From Octopus sinensis (lineage: Eukaryota), in assembly GCF_006345805.1 (NCBI RefSeq), contig NC_042999.1, positions 10,230,001-10,294,000 on the forward strand: a DNA stretch of 64,000 bases. The letters are read 5' to 3'. Every line of letters starts with the position of its first letter. The stretch's first letter is position 1. Position numbers and translations under genes: made by a program. The notes under the pieces are model-generated. The model was not told the DNA's origin, searched no databases, and saw nothing but the letters and a program-made list of their open reading frames with translations. Positions 52,331 to 64,000 of this stretch are shown piece by piece.

Positions 52331-55300
52331 CAGCACAGATGCCAGGGGAGTCTGGCATCGGCCACGATCGGTTGGTGCTTTTAACGTGCCACCGGCACGG
52401 AAGCCATCCAAGGCGGAGCTGGCATCGGCCACGTTCGGATGGTGCTTTTTATGTGCCACCGGCACGGAAGCCATCCAAGGCGGCGCTGGCATCGGCCACG
52501 TTCGGATGGTGCTTTTAACGTGCCACCGGCACGGAAGCCATCCAAGGCGGCGCTGGCATCGGCCACGTTCGGATTGTGCTTTTTATGTGCCACCGGCACG
52601 GAAGCCATCCAAGGCGGCGCTGGCATCGGCCACGTTCGGATGGTGCTTTTAACGTGCCACCGGCACGGAAGCCATCCAAGGCGGGGCTGGCATCGGCCAC
52701 GTTCGGATGGTGCTTTTAACGTGCCACCGGCACGGAAGCCATCCAAGGCGGCGCTGGCATCGGCCACGTTCGGATGGTGCTTTTAACGTCCCACCGGCAC
52801 GGAAGCCATCCAAGGCGGGGGGCATCGGCCACGTTCGGATGGTGCTTTTAACGTGCCACCGGCACGGAAGCCATCCAAGGCGGGGCTGGCATCGGCCACG
52901 TTCGGATGGTGCTTTTAACGTGCCACCGGCACGGAAGCCATCCAAGGCGGGGCTGGCATCGGCCACGTTCGGATGGTGCTTTTAACGTCCCACCGGCACG
53001 GAAGCCATCCAAGGCGGCGCTGGCATCGGCCACGTTCGGATGGTGCTTTTAACGTGCCACCGGCACGGAAGCCATCCAAGGCGGGGCTGGCATCGGCCAC
53101 GTTCGGATGGTGCTTTTAACGTGCCACCGGCACGGAAGCCATCCAAGGCGGGGCTGGCATCGGCCACGTTCGGATGGTGCTTTTAACGTGCCACCGGCAC
53201 GGAAGCCATCCAAGGCGGGGCTGGCATCGGCCACGTTCGGATGGTGCTTTTAACGTGCCACCGGCACGGAAGCCATCCAAGGCGGGGCTGGCATCGGCCA
53301 CGTTCGGATGGTGCTTTTAACGTGCCACCGGCACGGAAGCCATCCAAGGCGGGGCTGGCATCGGCCACGTTCGGATGGTGCTTTTAACGTGCCACCGGCA
53401 CGGAAGCCATCCAAGGCGGGGCTGGCATCGGCCACGTTCGGATGGTGCTTTTAACGTGCCACCGGCACGGAAGCCATCCAAGGCGGGGCTGGCATCGGCC
53501 ACGTTCGGATGGTGCTTTTAACGTGCCACCGGCACGGAAGCCATCCAAGGCGGGGCTGGCATCGGCCACGTTCGGATGGTGCTTTTAACGTGCCACCGGC
53601 ACGGAAGCCATCTGAGGCGGGGCTGGCATCGGCCACGTTCGGATGGTGCTTTTAACGTGCCACCGGCACGGAAGCCATCCAAGGCGGGGCTGGCATCGGC
53701 CACGTTCGGATGGTGCTTTTAACGTGCCACCGGCACGGAAGCCATCCAAGGCGGGGCTGGCATCGGCCACGTTCGGATGGTGCTTTTAACGTGCCACCGG
53801 CACGGAAGCCATCCAAGGCGGGGCTGGCATCGGCCACGTTCGGATGGTGCTTTTAACAACGTGCCACCGGCACGGAAGCCATCCAAGGCGGGGCTGGCAT
53901 CGGCCACGTTCGGATGGTGCTTTTAACGTGCCACCGGCACGGAAGCCATCCAAGGCGGGGCTGGCATCGGCCACGTTCGGATGGTGCTTTTAACGTGCCA
54001 CCGCACGGAAGCCATCCAAGGCGGGGCTGGCATCGGCCACGTTCGGATGGTGCTTTTAACGTGCCACCGGCACGGAAGCCATCCAAGCGGGGCTGGCATC
54101 GGCCACGTTCGGATGGTGCTTTTAACGTGCCACCGGCACGGAAGCCATCCAAGGCGGGGCTGGCATCGGCCACGTTCGGATGGTGCTTTTAACGTGCCAC
54201 CGGCACGGAAGCCATCCAAGGCGGGGCTGGCATGGCCACGTTCGGATGGTGCTTTTAACGTGCCACCGGCACGGAAGCCATCCAAGGCGGCGCTGGCATC
54301 GGCCACGTTCGGATGGTGCTTTTAACGTGCCACCGGCACGGAAGCCATCCAAGGCGGCGCTGGCATCGGCCACATTCGGATGGTGCTTTTAACGTCCCAC
54401 CGGCACGGAAGCCATCCAAGGCGGGGCTGGCATCGGCCACGTTCGGATGGTGCTTTTAACGTCCCACCGGCACGGAAGCCATCCAAGGCGGGGCTGGCAT
54501 CGGCCACGTTCGGATGGTGCTTTTAACGTGCCACCGGCACGGAAGCCATCCAAGGCGGCGCTGGCATCGGCCACGTTCGGATGGTGCTTTTAACGTGCCA
54601 CCGGCACGGAAGCCATCCAAGGCGGCGCTGGCATCGGCCACGTTCGGATGGTGCTTTTAACGTGCCACCGGCACGGAAGCCATCCAAGGCGGGGCTGGCA
54701 TCGGCCACGTTCGGATGGTGCTTTTAACGTGCCACCGGCACGGAAGCCATCCAAGGCGGGGCTGGCATCGGCCACGTTCGGATGGTGCTTTTAACGTGCC
54801 ACCGGCACGGAAGCCATCCAAGGCGGGGCTGGCATCGGCCACGTTCGGATGGTGCTTTTAACGTCCCACCGGCACGGAAGCCATCCAAGGCGGGGCTGGC
54901 ATCGGCCACGTTCGGATGGTGCTTTTAACGTGCCACCGCACGGAAGCCATCCAAGGCGGGGCTGGCATCGGCCACGTTCGGATGGTGCTTTTAACGTGCC
55001 ACCGGCACGGAAGCCATCCAAGGCGGCGCTGGCATCGGCCACGTTCGGATGGTGCTTTTAACGTGCCACCGGCACGGAAGCCATCCAAGGCGGGGCTGGC
55101 ATCGGCCACGTTCGGATGGTGCTTTTTATGTGCCACCGGCACGGAAGCCATCCAAGGCGGCGCTGGCATCGGCCACGTTCGGATGGTGCTTTTTATGTGC
55201 CACCGGCACGGAAGCCATCCAAGGCGGGGCTGGCATCGGCCACGTTCGGATGGTGCTTTTTATGTGCCACCGGCACGGAAGCCATCCAAGGCGGCGCTGG

Positions 55301-56758
55301 CATCGGCCACGTTCGGATGGTGCTTTTTATGTGCCACCGGCACGGAAGCCAGTCGAGGCGGCGCTGGCATCGGCCACGTTCGGATGGTGCTTTTTATGTG
55401 CCACCGGCACGGAAGCCAGTCGAGGCGGCGCTGGCATCGGCCACGTTCGGATGGTGCTTTTTATATGCCACCGGCACAGAAGCCAGTCGAGGCGGCGCTG
55501 GCATCGGCCACGTTCGGATGGTGCTTTTAACGTGCCACCGGCACGGAAGCCAGTCGAGGCGGCGCTGGCATCGGCCACGTTCGGATGGTGCTTTTTATGT
55601 GCCACCGGCACGGAAGCCATCCAAGGCGGGGCTGGCATCGGCCACGTTCGGATGGTGCTTTTTATGTGCCACCGGCACGGAAGCCATCCAAGGCGGCGCT
55701 GGCATCGGCCACGTTCGGATGGTGCTTTTTATGTGCCACCGGCACGGAAGCCATCCAAGGCGGGGCTGGCATCGGCCACGTTCGGATGGTGCTTTTTATG
55801 TGCCACCGGCACGGAAGCCATCCAAGGCGGCGCTGGCATCGGCCACGTTCGGATGGTGCTTTTTATGTGCCACCGGCACGGAAGCCAGTCGAGGCGGCGC
55901 TGGCATCGGCCACGTTCGGATGGTGCTTTTTATGTGCCACCGGCACGGAAGCCAGTCGAGGCGGCGCTGGCATCGGCCACGTTCGGATGGTGCTTTTTAT
56001 ATGCCACCGGCACAGAAGCCAGTCGAGGCGGCGCTGGCATCGGCCACGTTCGGATGGTGCTTTTAACGTGCCACCGGCACGGAAGCCAGTCGAGGCGGCG
56101 CTGGCATCGGCCACGTTCGGATGGTGCTTTTTATGTGCCACCGGCACGGAAGCCAGTCGAGGCGGCGCTGGCATCGGCCACGTTCGGATTGTGCTTTTTA
56201 TATGCCACCGGCACAGAAGCCAGTCGAGGCGGCGCTGGCATCGGCCACGTTCGGATGGTGCTTTTAACGTGCCACCGGCACGGAAGCCAGTCGAGGCGGC
56301 GCTGGCATCGGCCACGTTCGGATGGTGCTTTTTATGTGCCACCGGCACGGAAGCCAGTCGAGGCGGCGCTGGCATCGGCCACGTTCGGATTGTGCTTTTT
56401 ATGTGCCACCGGCACGGAAGCCAGTCGAGGCGGCGCTGGCATCGGCCACGTTCGGATTGTGCTTTTTATGTGCCACCGGCACGGAAGCCAGTCGAGGCGG
56501 CGCTGGCATCGGCCACGTTCGGATTGTGCTTTTTATGTGCCACCGGCACGGAAGCCAGTCGAGGCGGCGCTGGCATCGGCCACGTTCGGATTGTGCTTTT
56601 TATGTGCCACCGGCACGGAAGCCAGTCGAGGCGGCGCTGGCATCGGCCACGTTCGGATTGTGCTTTTTATGTGCCACCGGCACGGAAGCCAGTCGAGGCG
56701 GCGCTGGCATCGGCCACGTTCGGATGGTGCTTTTTATGTGCCACCGGCACAGAAGCCA
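52312..56758. repeat. GC-rich 67-bp tandem array, about 66 copies
   Basis: Unit GGTGCTTTTAACGTGCCACCGGCACGGAAGCCATCCAAGGCGGGGCTGGCATCGGCCACGTTCGGAT; ORF starts recur every 67 bp. Confidence 0.97.
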
Positions 56759-56900
56759 TGCATCTCTATTCGTGAGCGTGTGTGTGTATGCACGTTGTGT
56801 GTCTCTGCCTATGTCTGTATGCAGGTGCGTGTGACACGAGTATTACGTGGATAGATATATACGTATGTCTATATGTACACGTGTGTGTGTGTGTATATAT

Positions 56901-57003
56901 ATGGGCGAAGGTAAAGAATATGCACACCCGGTGGTTAGGGCTGGGGTTTAGGGTTAGGGTTACACCGAAAACGAGTGGTGTGCGTTTTCTTTACATCCGC
57001 CAT
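56901..57003. mobile_element. Small TIR element enclosing TTAGGG repeats
   Basis: ATGGGCGAAGGTAAAGAATATGCACACC versus GGTGTGCGTTTTCTTTACATCCGCCAT; TA-rich flanks. Confidence 0.6.
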
Positions 57004-58003
57004 ATATATACGTGTGCGTGTGTGTGTGCGTAAATACGAATGAATATTGAGTTCTAACAACCGGTTATTAGTATCACTATACCCAAGCGATATAAAATGT
57101 GTGGGTGGGTGGGTGGGTGTGTATTTAAAGGCATTTAGTCACCTAGATACAACAAAAACCGACATTAATACATAATAAAGACTGTGGACTGTTTAATGAC
57201 GGAACCTATATGACGGAGAGAGGGGGATAGAGAGAGTGACAGAGAGAGAGTGACAGAGAAAGAGTGACAGAGAGAGAGAGAGAGAGAGAGAGAGTGACAG
57301 AGAGAGAGAGAGTGACAGAGAGAGAGAGACAGAGAGACAGAGACAGAGAGAGAGAGGGTGACAGAGAGACTGAGAGAGAGTGACAGAGAGAGAGAGAGAG
57401 TGACAGAGAGAGAGGGAGTGAGTGACAGAGAGAGAGAGAGAGAGAGAGAGAGTGACAGAGAGAGAGACTGACAGAGAGAGAGAGAGAGAGAGAGATTGAC
57501 AGAGAGAGTGACAGAGAGAGAGAGAGAGACCGAGAGAGACAGAGAGAGTAACAGAGAGGGAGGGAGAGAGAGAGAGAGAGAGAGTGACAGAGATATTGAG
57601 AGTGGAGGGTAATAGGCCAGCATACAACCAGTGCATTCGATGAGGCGAGTACAGCAGACTGCGCTTTATTGAAATTGCAGTTAGCATCGCCCAATTTTCT
57701 GGCTTGGAACCAAAATAAGGAACACTATTTTCGTCCTGTCATTTCCGACTCTTAAAATGATAAATAACGAAACAACACCGCGAAAAATCAACAGAAAATG
57801 AATACACAAATATTGATGAATGCCTAACTATACAGACACTACAAATAAATCGATTGAGGTCTATATATAGCTACATATATATAAAGGCAGTTAGTGGGCT
57901 AAATAGATGGAGGGAGGGAGGGAGAGAAGGAAGGGAGAGGGAGAGATAGACAGATAAGTGGATAGATAGATAGATAGATAGATAGATGATGGATGGATAG
58001 ATG

Positions 58004-58151
<148 letters not shown>

Positions 58152-58160
58152 TAGATAGAT

Positions 58161-58234
<74 letters not shown>

Positions 58235-58331
58235 GTGCTTAATTTGTGTTCAGCATGGAGACATATAAGCGTGTATATGTATGTATCGATGAGTGTATAT
58301 ATGTATGTGTATATAAACATACTTATTATGT

Positions 58332-58376
<45 letters not shown>

Positions 58377-58409
58377 GTTATAGATATATATATTTATTGT
58401 TACAGATAT

Positions 58410-58452
<43 letters not shown>

Positions 58453-59271
58453 GTATAATATGATATAGTATAATGTACACACACATTGTTGGTGATGATG
58501 GTTGTTGGATATATCCAGATTTATTATTATACATATACACATATAAAACATACATATATTAATATATAAGAGATGGAGGGGGAGAGGCGGGGGGGGGAGG
58601 AAGGGAGGAAGAAAGAGAGAATAATAATAGATAGATACACACTTTTAAAGAGACGGGGTCAGTGTGTGTGTCTAAGTTTATTTATGTGTGTATTGACAGG
58701 TACATAAATAGTTTGATCGATTCATTCGTTCATTGATTGACGGATTGAAAATAGATGTGAATTAGGAGGAAGGAGTCTCTGGGATTTTCAGCTTTTCTCT
58801 CCATACCAACGTTTATTTGTACCTGCGCTTGTGGATGTGTACCTGTGAATGGGTGCACGCGAGGCAGTATTTGTCCGTGTTTAGAAATGTATATGGGTGA
58901 ATAAATATATTAAAATCCTTGTATCGATATTCAATCGTGTATAGATCACTCCAATTGGCCGTATGCCTCGTTAGAAAGATCGTTGCTTTGTTCTATGTAA
59001 GGAAGATTACATTGTAAAGATTACATTCAGCTTCATCGCACCTGGGTGTTGTGGTGGGGAATATCTTGAAAGATGAACGGGAAAGTTTACTCTGAAGTCT
59101 TGAGTTTGATGTTGTTGAGTGGAGGAGAAAATTATCTCACTCTTCCTATAAGAATGATGTCAAACAATCTCACTGGTGACATTACCAGAAGTTTGCGGTT
59201 GGTAAGCTTCCACGGTAATATTTATTGAAGTGTGTAATATAAGGTACTTTGCATAATGATAATAAGAATAA

Positions 59272-59310
<39 letters not shown>

Positions 59311-59312
<2 letters not shown>

Positions 59313-59866
59313 GCCCTGATGCAGTACCAGGCAGTGGCTCGCGTGGCTTCTGATCTTAACTGATTGGAAGTGTCATCATGTACATTGTTTTGTCTTGGTA
59401 TAAAAGATGGGCTACAGCAAATATTCTGCTCAATACCACAGATTTGCTTGTCAGTTGTTTGACCATAACCAGTTGAGCCTGTCCCTTAGTGGCTGACGAT
59501 ATTTGTATCTCTGATCACGAACAGAAGTAGTGGGGGAGCATCATAGCTATGTGTTGAGAGGGATTCTTTGGGGTTTGAATAATTCACCTCTGGAAACATG
59601 GGTGGTTCTTTCAACATCCTTAAACAACCCTTATTCAGGGACCTTTTGAGCGGGATGGGCTACTCAACCTGAAGAAAATTCTAACTGGGCCCCACCTGCA
59701 AGGTCATGTGCTGTTTATCTTGATATGAGATCACCATGTCGCGCACATATGGTTGTGATGCATGTGCCTGGTGTACCTTTATCAGACGGGTAGTCATGAT
59801 GGGTATATTGGGCTTCGTATATTTTACCCCAGTGTCACTTTGATGGCATGCACTGCTCTCTCACTC
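59311..59866. mobile_element. Second copy of the (TAA)n-inserted element
   Basis: Reverse complement of 50865-51395 with small indels; (TAA)n on both sides. Confidence 0.85.
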
Positions 59867-59899
<33 letters not shown>

Positions 59900-59941
59900 C
59901 ATTTCTATTATAGGCACAAGGCCAGCAATTTCGGAGCAAGG

Positions 59942-62900
59942 TGCTAGCTGAAAGTCCTTTCAGCCTTATGCACCACACTACCTCTTTCGCCATAGCCACC
60001 GGACAGTGAAAAACTTCCTGCTCTTCGCGGTCAAAAGAAGGCAGCGGAGCAATCCTCACGATGGACTCGGCTGATAACCAGATCCGTCCTACACGTGTCA
60101 GCAGCTGTTCGACAAAGCTCCAATAGTCAGCAATGCCCAGTCACTGGACGAATGCATGCAAAACGGTTTCGTCGTCCTGGACACATCTAGGACAGGTCCA
60201 TCTGGCAGCATGTCCCTGCCTGTAGAGCCTGTCCCGAACCGGAAAAGTCCCCCACCACCATCCCTCTCATGGTACTCCTGAAAAGACTGGCTAATTGATC
60301 TCTCCCGACGCCCAGATTTTCCCCGAAGACGTCGTCACTAATCCCTTACAGAACTCCAATGTGGAATTTCCGCCGACCGCATTACCCAACTGGCAGAAAG
60401 CTGCGAGCGATTGCCGACACTCTCGGCACTAAGCGCCCTTTCTGGGTCTAGACTTGATCCAACACTGTATCTATGTCAAGGAGACGAGCTGCGGAAAATC
60501 CTGTCTGACAAACGGCGACTACACCTGCTTACCGTTAAGGAAACGCTACAGGTGTCGCAACCTCAGCGCGTGTTACAATATGCATCATTATCCACGGAAT
60601 GCCCGGTCCTCCACTCAACGGCTGCTGAAAGCAGATGGACCGTCTGACGAGAGAAACAAGTCCCTTCCACAGAAAGTGGAAGAGCAAGTACTCCAGCTTG
60701 ATCCGCCACGAAGCAGGGCAAGGGACGACGGTCAGGCGGTAATACATAACAGAAGCGAAGGATGCATCCGCTACCTCCGCCCGAGCCTTCTTCGGGGACA
60801 GTTTCTTCTCTGCCCATGTCTGGGTGAGCCTAGTTGCCCTGCTCGTCACCCCACCTCAGTTCTTGTCCATCTGGAGGTCCGGACCTAACAGGTCCTTCCG
60901 TCCAGCGCCCTACGACACTGTCGGACGACATGGACCTGCTTCTTCAGGTGCCGAGCTGCAGGCCAACTGACTTCTTCTTGTCACTGTTTCGTACTCCCTT
61001 TGGGCAATACCGATCACCTCGATGTCCGAGATATCCGACAATTTCACGGTGACGCCGTTCGCATAAGCTGGCATGACCCTTCCACATCCCAATTCATACA
61101 AGACGCCCTTCAAAACATCCAGCGACTGTAGCAATAGCTCAAGATCCAACATGTACAGAAGCAGCGAAATGGACATCCTTGACGGACCGAACGTGCGATA
61201 CGAAACGATTCCGATAGGTGGCCGTTTACTTTGATCACCGAACAGATGTCGCTGTACATTGCAGTGACCCAGCTTCTAAAAGCAGGACTGAAACCAGCCG
61301 CCGTGAGGATAGCCTCCAAGTATTGGTGGTCGACCCTACTAAAAGCTTTTGGTTAATCTAAATCGATCAGGGCTCCACCCATGCCAGATTCCTTACCTAC
61401 CAACTCTATGATGTAGCGCGTGAAGTGGAGGCTGTCGTGGATAGATCTCCTTGGGATAGCGCATGTCTGCGCACCGGCAAGTTTATCGACGGCAAGCGCC
61501 AACCTCCTTGCTAGCACCTTAGCCAAAATGTTGTAATCTGCGCTCAGTAGAGTTTCGGGTCAAAAATTATCTTTTAGGTTCCCTTTGTTCGAGTCCTTTT
61601 TCATTAGCACCACCACGCCACGGTTCACAGCACTAAGAATTCTCCCGTTTTGCTGCCAGAAGACATCATCCAAGTCTGACATATGAAGATAAAGCTGGAA
61701 GGGCAAACCATCCAGACCGGAGACTTTCCCTTCTGCAGCAATTCATTGCGTCCCGTACATCTCCGGTTGCTATCGGCATTTTGCAGACCTCGTATCCCTG
61801 GCCGAAAGGTGCGACACGTCGTCGAGGTAGGAGGTGAAATCCACCCGCTTCTCCGATTAGCCGTGCGCTCCGTACAGTTCGGCAAAGTACCGCTGAAATT
61901 CCGTACACAACATCGGCTTTGATTCGAGTAGTGTGCGCCCGGCCCGATCCGTCAAAGACCGAATTGTGGCTTTGTTGACACGTTGTGCCTCTGCCACTCA
62001 AGCCCATCGAACGGGCTTCCTTCCCTCATGTCTTAGCACAAGCGCGCTATCTCTGACAACGCAACCTTCGTGCTTCACATTGAAGAATTGATCAAGAGTC
62101 AATCTCGCCGCCTGCACATCAGTCGCTGTGCCTCTTCTGAGTGCCACTTCTAGTTTCCCAACTCGGTCTCTAACGCTATTCATTTACAATACCCTAACGC
62201 TTCTACCCCAATAGCCCTTTTCAGAGATATCCACCATCAGTTGTTGACGATTGTACTCGACAACTTCCTAAACCGGTCTCTGAAAGCCTGATGCGTCGGG
62301 AACCGTTTAGCTTCCAGTATCCGGGCCCCGCCTATGAATCCTATCCAGGTCGACCGTACAGATCGCAAATTTGTGATCTGTGCAGCCGACGACTTTGAAT
62401 TGTTAACAACTTCTGCTTCTATCTGCAAGCCTACAAATTACTCTATCCAGAAACTAGCTGGAAGGCCCGATGCTGTTTGCTCATGTCCACATTGGCGCAT
62501 TTTAGAAATCCAGTCGGTACCTGTCAGCCAGCTGGAACCGACTGAGTAGATTTGTAAGACTTTTACACCCCTCTCCTATCGTCTAGTTCTACCCTATCTA
62601 GATGTGCGTCCAAGATGGCGTTCAAATCGCCCACTAGTACTAAAGAATGAAACGTCCCGAGAAAAACCTCTAAATGTCTGAAGAAATCTGGCTACTCGGC
62701 CCTAGTCGGATCGTACACAGTGACTAGTCTAAAAGCACCACCTTCCCCATTACTTTCATCCAGAACCACCAACTTAACCATCCGAGTCCAGGAAAATAGC
62801 CCGTACATCGCAATCCAGGCCTTTTCTAAACAGCAGCGCCATCCCGCTTCCCATTTCAAACCGACCAAGAAGCTCTTAGATCTCAAAGTCGTAGAAAATA

Positions 62901-63035
62901 GGGGCTAGATTGTGTGTCGGAAATGTTGGTCTCGCTGACGGCCGTCACATTCGTAGCTAGTGACCTGAGGTCATTGATCAGACGACCTTGCTTGATCAGA
63001 CGAACATTTATACAACATACTTCTGAATCCGCTAC
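59942..63035 (-). pseudogene. Tx1/L1-clade LINE ORF2 (APE endonuclease, RT, zinc knuckle), decayed
   Basis: CCINVR...AVSET (APE start), AFRLVTVY, GDLNAILD, GRSIHDSLH, ALIDLD*PKAFSRVDHQYL, GFSPAFRSWV...RSVRQGCP, AYAN, LFHFLWKG; many stops and frameshifts. Confidence 0.9.
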
Positions 63036-63039
63036 TTAT

Positions 63040-63720
63040 CCACCGGGTACTGCTGAAAGTTAGGTGTTTTAACTTCCATATCTTGCTGAGATTCCTTTGG
63101 AAACACCTTTAAAAGTCTACTTGTGGTTTTTATATTAGGGATTCCCACGTCGTGAGGGAAATTCTCCCCAACGTTTTATATATTTCCAGCGGCATATTCA
63201 CCATCATCTGTGTTTCTGGCACTTGAACGGTGCTGGTGCCGAAAATTTCACCCTCTCTTTCGATGTCCTTCCTTCGGGCTACGAGGACCATCAATTCTTT
63301 GTTGGCCCTCCTCACAAGCACGAAGTTTTGTGTTTAGGTGGTTGTTTGTTGTTGGGGGTGTTTCCTTTTCGAGCGTTGTTGCGGTCGTGGTAGGGTTGGC
63401 GGAGCTGGTTGTGACAGTGGTGAATGTGTTGACGATTGTGGCGCTGGAGAGATTGGTTTCGCTGGAGGTGTGTCTGTGTTTGTTGCAGGTGTGTTATCTA
63501 TGTTTTTTTTTGGGGGGGGGGATGTTTATTGTGTTTTGTTTTCAGCCATTTTGGTTTTGGGGGTTCTCCATCATTTTCACTCGGTGATGCAGATGTTTCA
63601 GCATTCGTGGAATCCGAGTGAGAGTCTATGGCTGTATTTGACTTTAGAGGAGACAAATAGAGAGGGGAAGAGGGAGTGCTTCAGTGGGAGAACCGCTAAA
63701 TGTTGTGTGTATCCGTTATC
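63040..63720 (-). other. Probable ORF1/5' region of the Tx1 element
   Basis: Directly upstream of ORF2 on the same strand; low-complexity Thr/Gln/Lys-rich reading; no diagnostic motif recognised. Confidence 0.35.
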
Positions 63721-63741
63721 ATTCTTTCTACTGTTGAAGGA

Positions 63742-64000
63742 TGTTGTTGTTGTTGTTTAACAACTACCGGCTGGATAGTTGGTTAGTGCTGCTCCTCAAT
63801 CACCACCTGCTTCTCCGCCATCTCTCCCGCACCTTGAGTGCCAGTCTGGGCTCCTTCGCAATCGCCTCGGGGTCCGTCAGCTGATCGCGGATCCAAGGAT
63901 GGATAGCTGGGCACTCCAACATCACGTGTTCTCCCGTTTCTTCATACATTTTGCAATTGCGGCAAATAGATACCTCAATTCTTCCAATCTTGCGGAAGAA
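63742..64000 (-). mobile_element. I-group (Ingi/Nimb/I-like) LINE 3' end, runs off the window
   Basis: Open frame FFRKIGRIEVSICRNCKMYEETGEHVMLECP...RSRW* (Cx2Cx8Hx4C; stop 63800-63802), short UTR, (CAA)n tail. Confidence 0.8.

Noticed and set aside
52312-56758. CRISPR-like regular array
   Set aside because: Units are head-to-tail and near-identical with no unique spacers; no cas genes; eukaryotic SINE context
54916-56854. Long ORFs up to 601 aa
   Set aside because: Arise because the TTTTTAT variant removes the TAA stop in a 67-bp repeat; all three frames give the same cyclic peptide

Overview
AT-rich, microsatellite-saturated eukaryotic DNA with no host protein-coding exon I can support. 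The repeat content (tRNA-derived SINEs with Nin and CORE-like domains; Penelope, R4/Dong, Tx1, mariner, Helitron, hAT and piggyBac remnants) looks like a cephalopod (Octopus-like) intergenic or intronic region; that taxon call is an inference. Nearly all ORF-track entries are microsatellite or tandem-repeat artefacts. The real coding traces are decayed TE genes: mariner, Tx1 ORF2, Gypsy integrase, three RLE-LINE ends, Penelope GIY-YIG fragments and an I-group LINE end. The strongest signal is non-coding. About a dozen minimal hammerhead-ribozyme (HHR) motifs (CUGANGA-stem II-GAAA-minimal stem III-UH) sit in short, often palindromic Penelope-type modules, mostly beside (TA)n tracts. One of these (50705-51852) has an 11-bp TSD and joins a tRNA-derived Pol III head to a hammerhead in a head-to-head inverted layout, making it a candidate ribozyme-bearing SINE mobilised by Penelope machinery. 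A GC-rich 67-bp tandem array (about 66 copies, with higher-order structure) has grown from inside an RTE-type SINE. Coordinates were read by eye. TSD, TIR and HHR positions were counted carefully; ends of degenerate repeats may be off by tens of bases.
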